Positions 20,669 to 30,183 of a stretch of DNA of 64,000 bases are shown here, one piece after another (the first letter of the stretch is position 1; each line of letters opens with the position of its first letter). The notes under the pieces were generated by a model that saw only the letters and a program-made list of their open reading frames with translations, did not search any database and was not told the origin of the DNA. Source of the DNA: Promethearchaeia archaeon (lineage in GTDB: Archaea; Asgardarchaeota; Lokiarchaeia; Sigyniarchaeales; SOKP01); the NCBI GenBank assembly GCA_029856145.1, contig JAHQWK010000022.1, positions 1 to 64,000 of the forward strand, given 5' to 3'. The position numbers and the translations under genes are program-made.

Positions 20669-21400
20669 ATGTATGTGATTGATAAAGATAAACTAAGAAA
20701 ATTCCAAGAACTTATAGATTATGAGTTTAGAGACGAAGAACTATTAATTCAAGCTCTAACTACTCCACAATTAGGTAATCTAACAGGAAAGCCTAGTTAC
20801 GATCTTTTAGAAACATTAGGAGACGCCGTAATTAAAATTATATTTATTTTAAAACTGTATCACTTTGGTATAGAAAGCTCAGGCGAAATTACAAAAATAA
20901 AGGCAAGTTTGGAAAGTGATAAAGCTCTCAAAAAGGTCGCAAATAAGATGAAATTGGAAGATTTTATATTTAAAACAGAAAAGCAAAGAATAGTAGGTAC
21001 TCGCATTCTCGCTGATGTTTTTGAAGCAATATGTGGAGCTTTATTTCTTGATTCAGATTATAGCCTAAGGATGGTTGAACAAAAAATTATTGAACCATTT
21101 TATGAAGATTTAGACATTATAGCTCAAAATTCAATTATTTCTAGTAAAAATGAATTATTAGAATTTTTACAACATAAATTTAAAACTTCTATTAATATTG
21201 AACTTGAGTATGAAAAAAGTGGAATCGAGCATGATCTGATCTGGATAGCTAAGAATCCAAAGATTTTGGATAAGTTTACCCAAAATGAATTAATAGATAT
21301 CCCGATAAAATTAAAATCAGGTAAATTTAGAACAAAAAAAGATGCTGAAAAGAGTTTGTTCAATATTATTTTAGATTATTTGAAAAAAAAAGAAATCTAA
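20669..21400 (+). CDS. rnc: Ribonuclease III
   Basis: YDLLETLGDAVI (signature ERLEFLGD-like), LADVFEAICGALFLD, dsRBD-like SKNELLEFLQ...TKKDAEK. Confidence 0.85.
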   Translation: MYVIDKDKLRKFQELIDYEFRDEELLIQALTTPQLGNLTGKPSYDLLETLGDAVIKIIFILKLYHFGIESSGEITKIKASLESDKALKKVANKMKLEDFIFKTEKQRIVGTRILADVFEAICGALFLDSDYSLRMVEQKIIEPFYEDLDIIAQNSIISSKNELLEFLQHKFKTSINIELEYEKSGIEHDLIWIAKNPKILDKFTQNELIDIPIKLKSGKFRTKKDAEKSLFNIILDYLKKKEI

Positions 21401-21501
21401 ATAATCCCTATCTTATTTCACTTGATATGGAAACCCTTTAGTTCTTATATAATCCTTTCTTACTTAAAAAATAAGAAATTTAGATATAAATAATAAATCC
21501 A

Positions 21502-21726
21502 ATGGAAAATAAACAATTTGTTGGTTATATTTTCATTTTAGTCGCAATTGGGTGTTTCGTGGCTTCTCTGGTACTATCATTCTTTACATATCGGTTTTTG
21601 ACTCTTCAAATAGTATTCCCATCTAATTTGCCAACCATAATTTCTAGGTCAATATTATTCATTGGTTTAATACTGGCTTTTATTATTATGTGTGTGGGGC
21701 TTTTTCTCATAATAAAATTTCGCTAA
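21502..21726 (+). CDS. Small two-TM membrane protein
   Basis: 74 aa, two hydrophobic segments. Confidence 0.55.
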   Translation: MENKQFVGYIFILVAIGCFVASLVLSFFTYRFLTLQIVFPSNLPTIISRSILFIGLILAFIIMCVGLFLIIKFR

Positions 21727-21971
21727 GAATAAAAAAAAATTCTTATAAAAAAAAATTCTAATTTTTTTATAATTCAATAAAGAATACTAGATGTTCTATT
21801 AAATTAGAACCTTAATTTTTAAAAGTTTTTCAAAATTTTCATAACTGTACAAGATTAGTAATCTGAAAAAGTTTATTTTTCCACTTTGATATTATAAAGT
21901 TAAAAAATGAATTAGCAAGAAAAAGAATATTTTTCAGTAAATAGAAAAAATAAGAGTAAAGAGTATTTAAA

Positions 21972-23150
21972 ATGCCTAAATCACCAGTAATAGAAAAAAC
22001 ACCTTTAATGAAGCAATTTGAAGAAGAAACAGGAAAATTAGCAATTTGGAAGGGTGAGATTTCTAAGAATTTTAAAAAGTGGAAAAAAAAGAAACAGCAA
22101 GAAGAAGTAAAAAAAATAAAAGAAGACATGCTCTCCCAATCTCGTATTGAAAAGAAGAAAATGAAAAAGGATGTAAAGGAAGATAAAGTCGGTGGAAAAG
22201 ATTATGATCATTTAATTATGGTGGAAAATCTCCATAAAACATACCTATTAGGTACGACAGCAGTTGCAGCATTAAGGGGTGTTGATTTAACAATAGATAA
22301 TGGAGATTTTATTGATATCATGGGTCCTTCTGGTTCTGGAAAAACGACACTTCTCAATTTAATTGGTGGCCTTGATACCCCAACAAGGGGGAAAATCTTC
22401 TTAGAAGGAACCAATATTTCCATGCTGAACGATAATTCCTTGGCGGAGATAAGACGTGAAAAAATTGGATTCGTTTTTCAATTCTATAACCTTCTCCCTC
22501 AGATGACTGCAATGGAGAATGTCATGGTACCTTTACATTTTTCTGGGAAATTAAGTCGTCGAGGTAAAAGAAAAAAAGCGATGGATCTCTTGAGATTAGT
22601 AGGATTAGATGAAAGGGCACATCATACGCCTTCTGAATTGAGTGGAGGTGAACAGCAAAGGGTTGCTATCGCAAGGGCTTTTGCGAATGACCCCGCTATT
22701 TGCGTTCTTGATGAACCAACAGGTGATTTGGATTCTAAAACGGGGGTTATGGTTTTGAATCTTCTTAGAGATTTAAATAAACGTGGTGCAACTTTTATTG
22801 CTGTGAGTCATGATGCCACTGTGTCAGAATTTGCATCTAGAGTTTTTCACATGAGAGATGGAAAACTTACTCATGAAGGAAAAATTAGCGGTTTGAAAGA
22901 AACTGAGATTATGCAGCTTAAAAGAAGGCAAGAAACAGAAATTAATAAAGAAAAATGTAAGAATAAAATTTTCCAATATCTTTATTCTAACCAGGGTAAA
23001 GTAGAAATTCCAATAAGCGATATTAAAAGTAGTATTCCAAATTCTATAATTATGAATTTACCGGAACACTTTAATGATATACTTCAGGAATTAATTGAAG
23101 AAAACAATATTTTTGGTCGAATTGAAGGAGATTTATTAATTTTAAATTAA
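21972..23150 (+). CDS. ABC ATPase, LolD/MacB/FtsE family, with N- and C-terminal extensions
   Basis: GPSGSGKTT, IGFVFQFYNL, LSGGEQQRVAIARA, DEPTGDLD, VSHD; extra ~78 aa N-terminal and ~85 aa C-terminal. Confidence 0.93.
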   Translation: MPKSPVIEKTPLMKQFEEETGKLAIWKGEISKNFKKWKKKKQQEEVKKIKEDMLSQSRIEKKKMKKDVKEDKVGGKDYDHLIMVENLHKTYLLGTTAVAALRGVDLTIDNGDFIDIMGPSGSGKTTLLNLIGGLDTPTRGKIFLEGTNISMLNDNSLAEIRREKIGFVFQFYNLLPQMTAMENVMVPLHFSGKLSRRGKRKKAMDLLRLVGLDERAHHTPSELSGGEQQRVAIARAFANDPAICVLDEPTGDLDSKTGVMVLNLLRDLNKRGATFIAVSHDATVSEFASRVFHMRDGKLTHEGKISGLKETEIMQLKRRQETEINKEKCKNKIFQYLYSNQGKVEIPISDIKSSIPNSIIMNLPEHFNDILQELIEENNIFGRIEGDLLILN

Positions 23151-23194
23151 AATTCTTTATGAGTTAAATTAAAATCTAAATTACTTTAAGCCAT

Positions 23195-26176
23195 ATGACA
23201 CACATTAAGCTAGTCTTTAAATATGCGTTTCAAGATTTAAAAAAAAAAAAAATTAGAACGTTTTTAGCTATATTTGGAATGCTTATATCTATAGGACTTC
23301 TTACGGTAGTCTTATTTTTATCAGATTCTATTGCTGTGGGTTATGTAAACTATTTATCTATAGATTCTGGAAATCAGGATGCCGTTATCTCCGTAAGACA
23401 TTATGATGGAGAACCTAGTAACAGATCTTCTTATTTTGATTATAATCCAATAATTAACACAGTTCAAGATACATCTGATGCGATAGATAATTTTATTCCA
23501 AGAATGGAAATAAGGGGATATGTTAAGAATCTTTTAACGGATGAGCAGGAATGGGCTACCATCTCAGGAATTAATTTTACTTTAGAGAATAGTATTAATT
23601 TTGGGTCATTTATAAATCCCGATTATGATGAATTATTGGATTTAGATGAATTGCCTTTAGATTATTGTGCCATTTATTATGGATTTAATGATATCATTAA
23701 ATATTCTGAAAATGATACTATCGAAATTGAAATGCGATTAACTCATGGAGATATTACATTATATCGTACAAAGAATCTTACAATAGCTAAAATTTTTGAT
23801 TTTAGATTAAAATGGCCAGCAAGTTATCGTGATAGGAACCTAATTGTAGTTGACATTGAGACAATCTATCAATATTTTGGTTTTGAGGAATTTCAAGGAA
23901 AATGTGATGATTTAATATTAACATTCAAAGATAGTAGTAGTCTTTATGATATTAGAGATTTTGAAAGTTCTAAAATTTTAGTGAAGAATCTCGTCACAGA
24001 TATACAATTAGCAATAGGTATTAATGAGTATAATATAGATTTACCTAAATTGCGCATATTAGGGTCTGCTGAGATGCTAGGCGTATTTATAGTAATAATC
24101 TTCGTTTTTGTGTCAATTGTGGCTATGATGATTTCTGGGGTTCTTATTAATGGGATTTTAAAAACTTCTGTAGAAGAGAGGATTCGAGAATTCGGGATTT
24201 TCAGAACGTTGGGTGCGAATAAGAGATATAATTTAGCTATAGTATTAATGCAAGGCTTTTTATTATGTAATTTGGGGGCTATTTCAGGGATTGTAACAGC
24301 ATTTGTACTTTCTTATTATGTAATTATTCCTTTTGCAAATATTGTTGTTTCACAGAGTATGTTGGGTTTTGCTACAATACCCTTCTCTTTTACGTGGTGG
24401 TCTGTCATTATCTCATATATCATGGGTATTAGTGTAGGAATGATAGTCAGTATTGCTCCAGCTTATAAAGTGATGCGTCTTCAATTAATTGAATCGATTC
24501 ACCCTTATCGCCATGAAGATACATTATATCGTATACAAAAAAAAGCTACAGTCAATTATAAATTAATTCTAACTGGAATAATATTAGCATTTAATGGTGG
24601 TTTTGTCTTTTATGTGATTCCAAGAATTATGGTTTCAAGTGATATGACTCTATTTGCAGGTACATTGATAGCAATTTTATTAATATTTAATATTGGTTTA
24701 ACTCTTGCTGGATTAGGGTTGATCCCCATTATATTAAGGTTGGTAATTGAGTCATTTAGACCACTTGCTAGAAAATTACACAATGTGATAAAGATTTTTG
24801 TTTTTAGATATCAGCGTAGAAATTCAAGTACTATTATCATATTTGCATTGTCTTTCTCATTTGTTATTTTCACTTCCTCTCTTATTAATACATTATCCGC
24901 ACAATCAACTGCTATGACAAAACTAGCATATGGATCAGATCTACTTATTGAAACTACCGGATGGGAAGAACCTGAAGATTCAGGTGGTGGAGGTATTTTT
25001 GGTTCGGTGATTTCTAATGAAAATTTTGGAAATAGTCTCTTAGAATATGAAAAATTACAGACGGCTGATGCTTCTATAAATCCTAATAGAATTCTCACAA
25101 TTGAATTTGAAGAAGATTTAATGACTATAGACGGCATTGAGAAAGTTAGCTCTGTTTTAGCAAAGCCTTATCAATTAACTCAAATTTATGCTGAAGAAAA
25201 TAAAGAATTCAACGCTGAAATTGGAGATTATGCGGGATTATCCACACAAGATATAACATTAATTGGAATTGATGAAGAATATCCTTTCACAGTGAAAAGG
25301 GAGTATATTGAAATGACCTCCGGAAGTATAGACAATTCTTTTAATGAGCTATTTTATAATGTTCAAATCCGCACCTGCATTATTTCTGAAGCAATTGCTT
25401 TAATGATGAATTTATTGGTTGGTGATAATGTACGTATTGTTATTCATAGAGGAGATGAAAGGGAAGTATATCCATTTCTAATTGTTGGATCTGCTAAAAG
25501 CATGCCGGGATTTCCTCAAGAATTTTCGGGATCTAGTATGGGGGCAGAAAGAGGAGGTGTGTTAATCTCTCAAGAAACATACATTGAAATTATGGATATC
25601 CCTCCAATTCCTTATTTGGATTGTATATTTATTAAACTCCGAGAAGATAAGTTATCAGAATCTCATATAATTGAGGAATTGATAGATGAAGCTTACCAGA
25701 CGGAATATAATTATGATATAACCAATCTAGCTAGAAGTGTAGCACAACAAGAATCTGCTTTCCTTGTATTAGATATATTATTTACTCTTATTACTCTTAC
25801 TACTGTATTTATAAGTATTTTTGGATTACTCTCTTCATCATATTCGACTATAATTGAGAGAAAAAAAGAGATTGGCATAATAAGAACATTAGGTCTAAAA
25901 GGGAGAGAAATAAATAGATTATTTATACTGGAATCCTTAATAATTATGATTAGTAGTGGAACCATTGGCATTGCAGTAGGTTGGCTTACAAGTTGGCTGG
26001 TTACAAGCCAGTTAATGGGTACTTTAGCAGGAATGCCAACCGTGTTATTTGTACCTTGGTCTAATATACTCTTAGTTTATGCTCTATCTGTTGTAATGAT
26101 ATTTTTTGGAATGAAAGTGTTATTAAGAAAAGCTAGAAAGCAGAAGATAGTTGAAATTTATAGGGAGACAATTTAA
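23195..26176 (+). CDS. FtsX/MacB-like ABC permease (duplicated architecture)
   Basis: KKKIRTFLAI, SVEERIREFGIFRTLGA and ERKKEIGIIRTLG; two large extracytoplasmic domains. Confidence 0.92.
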   Translation: MTHIKLVFKYAFQDLKKKKIRTFLAIFGMLISIGLLTVVLFLSDSIAVGYVNYLSIDSGNQDAVISVRHYDGEPSNRSSYFDYNPIINTVQDTSDAIDNFIPRMEIRGYVKNLLTDEQEWATISGINFTLENSINFGSFINPDYDELLDLDELPLDYCAIYYGFNDIIKYSENDTIEIEMRLTHGDITLYRTKNLTIAKIFDFRLKWPASYRDRNLIVVDIETIYQYFGFEEFQGKCDDLILTFKDSSSLYDIRDFESSKILVKNLVTDIQLAIGINEYNIDLPKLRILGSAEMLGVFIVIIFVFVSIVAMMISGVLINGILKTSVEERIREFGIFRTLGANKRYNLAIVLMQGFLLCNLGAISGIVTAFVLSYYVIIPFANIVVSQSMLGFATIPFSFTWWSVIISYIMGISVGMIVSIAPAYKVMRLQLIESIHPYRHEDTLYRIQKKATVNYKLILTGIILAFNGGFVFYVIPRIMVSSDMTLFAGTLIAILLIFNIGLTLAGLGLIPIILRLVIESFRPLARKLHNVIKIFVFRYQRRNSSTIIIFALSFSFVIFTSSLINTLSAQSTAMTKLAYGSDLLIETTGWEEPEDSGGGGIFGSVISNENFGNSLLEYEKLQTADASINPNRILTIEFEEDLMTIDGIEKVSSVLAKPYQLTQIYAEENKEFNAEIGDYAGLSTQDITLIGIDEEYPFTVKREYIEMTSGSIDNSFNELFYNVQIRTCIISEAIALMMNLLVGDNVRIVIHRGDEREVYPFLIVGSAKSMPGFPQEFSGSSMGAERGGVLISQETYIEIMDIPPIPYLDCIFIKLREDKLSESHIIEELIDEAYQTEYNYDITNLARSVAQQESAFLVLDILFTLITLTTVFISIFGLLSSSYSTIIERKKEIGIIRTLGLKGREINRLFILESLIIMISSGTIGIAVGWLTSWLVTSQLMGTLAGMPTVLFVPWSNILLVYALSVVMIFFGMKVLLRKARKQKIVEIYRETI

Positions 26177-26190
26177 GGGAGGTAAAAATA

Positions 26191-29100
26191 TTGAAAAAAA
26201 ATAAATTGATAATAATATGTGTTTTACTTTTCATGGTTTTTCTTACGCCCTTAAACTTTGTTTTAGAAAACAGCATTAGAAGTATAGATGTAAAAGAAGA
26301 GAATGTAATTGGATCAATTGATTATAATTTAAAAATTTCTGATGTTGCAGGCTCAGATCTTTATGCTGAAAAGATTAATGTATATGTTGCCGGGAATAAA
26401 TCAATAATAAAGCATTCACTCTTTACCAATGATACAAATATTCTTTCTCAATTTGATTCAAAAGATCCAGCTTTCCATAAATGTAATTTGATAATAAGTG
26501 CTTCAAATGGAATCAATCCTGAGATATTTCCACAAATTTTGACTGAGAATGAAATCCCTTCCCAGTATCTTGTAGGTTTTAATAATTTTGTTGGATTTCT
26601 TTTTTATGATGATATTTTGAATACTGAAGATGCTGAAATGAGAGCAGAGAGAGCTTTAGAGATAATTAGAAAAAAATTCAAGATTGATCTTATAATGATT
26701 AATGTGTCAGAACCTAATTTTTTTCCTTTTATTGGATCTTGCCCAAATTGGGAATGTGTTTTTAATGAACTTACGACTAATTTTCCAATGGATGGATATT
26801 GGAAAGCATTGAATATAGATCGCTTAACTACCCAAGAATATACACAAAATTACCATATCTCCTCATCCTTTATGTTACTTAATTCATTAGACTTTTTTGA
26901 AGGAGACTATGATATATCAACAGATCAAGTAAACTTCAATTTAGAATCTCTGGATTTATCTTTCTTAGAAAATTTAGAATTACAGAATCTTGTTGATCAA
27001 TTCGATGCTATATTAGAAAATTATGGAGATATATTTAATGCTACAATTTCTGAAGATGAATTAGAACTATTTATTGAAATCTTTAGCTCATTTACACTTT
27101 CAAACAATTCACACTATACAAGTATTTCAATTCAATATGAAGGATTGGATGAGGGAATACAAAAAGTTGGGAAAAATCAATATGAATTCAATTTATGGGA
27201 TGCATTAGGGTATGATGGGGATCCATTATCTCCAAGTGAAAAAATTTATATAGCATTAACAGGTGCTTTCATGAGTGAAATCGAAATAAATATTTTATGC
27301 ACAGAAATCACTGATGCAACTCCAAAGAATTTTAAATTTAGTGATTACCTTTTAGAACAGATAGGGTTACTTTTTTATCTTGCTGGGATTGATTTTAACA
27401 CTCAAGATCTTAAAGATTATTCATTTGATTTATTTTGGGTTGATAATGATGGAATTAAACGTTCTTATATTAAACCAGTTAATCTACAGGACCCGTCTGA
27501 TATTGTCAATTTTATGCAGCAATTTGGATTTCAAGGTTTTTCTTTTATTCCAACTGGAATTGTAAATCCAATTGAAGATTTTTCAGTAACTTATAATATT
27601 TCTAATTCTGAACCTAATTTATTGCTTAAAAAAGAATTGATTGGAGAAAATGCATCGTATGGGGCATTTCAAAATTTTTCATACTATATATCAACAGAAA
27701 ATGTAGGTAATGTTACTGCGTGGGGCGTACCTACTCCAATTCCCCTTGAACTTAATGATTTTTTCCTTCTTCTTACATTAGGAAATCAACCACTGGCAGA
27801 TCAATTTCAAGATGCTATATGGGAAATAGTTCGTATAGAATACCCAAATCAATATGATTCTTTAGAAGATTTTTTTAATTTTGATGAAGATCCAAGGATT
27901 TTTTATTTTGATTCATTTGGTACGGGAGTTTTCGATTCTTTTTATCCAGATTTACTTAATTTTACAAATTTAACACCTTATAATAAAGATATGGACCATG
28001 TTATCAATATTATTGCTAGTCCTGGAGGGTATCCTCAGTTAATTGCAGCTTTAGCAGCTTTAGGGATTACTACAACTGAACTTAAAGATTATTTTACAAA
28101 TAATTATAGTATATGGAATGATAATAATTGGAAATTAAGCCCAGGAGAAATCTTGTCTTATAAAATTAATAATTATTCAATTACTAATTTAGATTCCTTT
28201 ACTCCTTTTTATATTGATAATTTTACAATTCAATCAATACCAACTACCCCTGAAATTATTTCAGGTACACCTCTCAGTGGAACTACCCCCGAAATGGCTT
28301 TATCTACCGATGATGAGAGTTGGATAATTGGTTCTGTGGAAAAATTCTTAGAACAAAGAGTTGAAATAGATTTTATTTTTAGAAATGATACAAATATCGA
28401 TTTTGCTAATAATACACTAGAGAGAGTCTCTTTTATATTAAGTATCAATGCTTCTATTAACTTAGAAGCATTCAACTTTGAAATTTTTGATTTTAATGTT
28501 GAAGAATTTAAAGATATGACTCCTTATTTAGACAATAATATAAATAATACTTGGAAGTTCTCGATAATTAATCAAAATAAAAATTTAGATTGGCTTTTTT
28601 ATCCATTAGATCAACAAAACTATACTGTAATTTTTAAAATAAATAGTAGAAACTCAGAGCCGTTTAATATCTCAATCAATAATTTAGATATTGAGTTTTC
28701 TGTAAGGGACATCAATTTTAATGATGATTCAGGTTCTAGAGTAGTATATGGTTCTTCATCAGGTAATGTTCAATTTGAAAGATTCTCCAATTCGATACCC
28801 TTATGTACTTATGATGGAGCATCAATTATAGTTAATTCATATTTAAATAATTACAGCTCTAAACCGGGTGAATTAAATACATATCTCATAAATTTTAAGA
28901 ATATTGGTTCCAAAATTGCTAAGAATATAACTATTTCTCTGCTAATTCCGGGTATTATTGATACAATTAACAATTTCACCCTTACAGATAGCAATTTATC
29001 ATATTATTTAGCTGAACTAGCTCCTTCAGAAGAGAAAACAATAAACTTTTCATTTTATACTCCCAATTCAATATCTTTAAGTGAAATTTCAATAATCTAT

Positions 29101-30171
29101 TACAATATAAAAAACATTGAGGGTGGAAATTCTTCTAAAATAGTTAGTTTTACAAATGAAGTTTTTATTTCAGCACCTATAAACTATGAAGATAGCTTCC
29201 CATTTATTAGGACTATTGAAATTAGCTACAATAATTTTGAATCAGAATTGATTAATAATGCTCCTGCTATAGGAGAATCTTTTAATCTTACTGTAAACAT
29301 TAAAAATGTTGGCCCAGAAGGTTTTAGAATACCAGATCTTAACATATCAATGAATGATCAATTTGGTGATTTAAAGAGAGCAGATCATTATACACCATAT
29401 TTTGAAGATATTGCCTTTAACGATTCAATCTCGTTTAACATTACTTTAAAAAAAGTCGGATGGAAAGGATATTATTATCCTCCTATTAATTTTATTGAGA
29501 GTTCAGAAAGTAGAACACTACAGATATCTGCTTCACCATTTAAGATATTAGGGAAAATTAATTTTACAATCATTAAATCTGTAAGTAAAAAACAAATCGA
29601 GATTGGAGATAAAACAATCGTAAGTATAGAAGTGGAAAATACAGGAACAATTAGTATTGAAGATATAAAAGTTAATGATATGATTAGCTTTTCTCAATTA
29701 GATTTCTCTCTAATAGAAGGAAATTTAATTATTTTGATAGATTCCTTAGATCCAGGCGAAAAAGTTGCTTTCAATTATACAATTAAAGGTAAAAGACAAA
29801 CCCTTGTAAGTTTAAAACCAGCAAGTATTGAATTTTACTATTTATATGAAAATGAAGCAATTTCAAATATAGTTACTATAAAAATTATAACTCCAAAATC
29901 AAGACAATTTTTTTATATAGCTTTGCCAATATTAATAGGTCTTGTGATCTTGAGTACTTATTTCTGGCAAATTAAAAAATATAAAAAAAAGAGAAAGGCT
30001 TATGAAAGATCTGAAATGCATATTTTTGAACTTAGCTCAAGGGAATCAATACTCAAGATAGATCATACTTTAAGAGAAAAGTTAAATATCATTTTAAAAC
30101 AATCTAAAGACCAAATCATCAATTCGGATAGAAATGAAGAAATTAATAAAATAATAAAAGACAATGAATAG
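26191..30171 (+). CDS. Large secreted, C-terminally membrane-anchored surface protein with Ig-like (DUF11/CARDB-like) repeats
   Basis: TTG start with GGAGGT upstream; signal-like N-terminus; repeated 'I.V.N.G' Ig modules (KNIGS, KNVGP, ENTGT..I.V.D); many NxS/T sequons; C-terminal TM followed by a basic tail. Confidence 0.8.
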   Translation: MKKNKLIIICVLLFMVFLTPLNFVLENSIRSIDVKEENVIGSIDYNLKISDVAGSDLYAEKINVYVAGNKSIIKHSLFTNDTNILSQFDSKDPAFHKCNLIISASNGINPEIFPQILTENEIPSQYLVGFNNFVGFLFYDDILNTEDAEMRAERALEIIRKKFKIDLIMINVSEPNFFPFIGSCPNWECVFNELTTNFPMDGYWKALNIDRLTTQEYTQNYHISSSFMLLNSLDFFEGDYDISTDQVNFNLESLDLSFLENLELQNLVDQFDAILENYGDIFNATISEDELELFIEIFSSFTLSNNSHYTSISIQYEGLDEGIQKVGKNQYEFNLWDALGYDGDPLSPSEKIYIALTGAFMSEIEINILCTEITDATPKNFKFSDYLLEQIGLLFYLAGIDFNTQDLKDYSFDLFWVDNDGIKRSYIKPVNLQDPSDIVNFMQQFGFQGFSFIPTGIVNPIEDFSVTYNISNSEPNLLLKKELIGENASYGAFQNFSYYISTENVGNVTAWGVPTPIPLELNDFFLLLTLGNQPLADQFQDAIWEIVRIEYPNQYDSLEDFFNFDEDPRIFYFDSFGTGVFDSFYPDLLNFTNLTPYNKDMDHVINIIASPGGYPQLIAALAALGITTTELKDYFTNNYSIWNDNNWKLSPGEILSYKINNYSITNLDSFTPFYIDNFTIQSIPTTPEIISGTPLSGTTPEMALSTDDESWIIGSVEKFLEQRVEIDFIFRNDTNIDFANNTLERVSFILSINASINLEAFNFEIFDFNVEEFKDMTPYLDNNINNTWKFSIINQNKNLDWLFYPLDQQNYTVIFKINSRNSEPFNISINNLDIEFSVRDINFNDDSGSRVVYGSSSGNVQFERFSNSIPLCTYDGASIIVNSYLNNYSSKPGELNTYLINFKNIGSKIAKNITISLLIPGIIDTINNFTLTDSNLSYYLAELAPSEEKTINFSFYTPNSISLSEISIIYYNIKNIEGGNSSKIVSFTNEVFISAPINYEDSFPFIRTIEISYNNFESELINNAPAIGESFNLTVNIKNVGPEGFRIPDLNISMNDQFGDLKRADHYTPYFEDIAFNDSISFNITLKKVGWKGYYYPPINFIESSESRTLQISASPFKILGKINFTIIKSVSKKQIEIGDKTIVSIEVENTGTISIEDIKVNDMISFSQLDFSLIEGNLIILIDSLDPGEKVAFNYTIKGKRQTLVSLKPASIEFYYLYENEAISNIVTIKIITPKSRQFFYIALPILIGLVILSTYFWQIKKYKKKRKAYERSEMHIFELSSRESILKIDHTLREKLNIILKQSKDQIINSDRNEEINKIIKDNE

Positions 30172-30183
30172 AGGGATTTTTAA

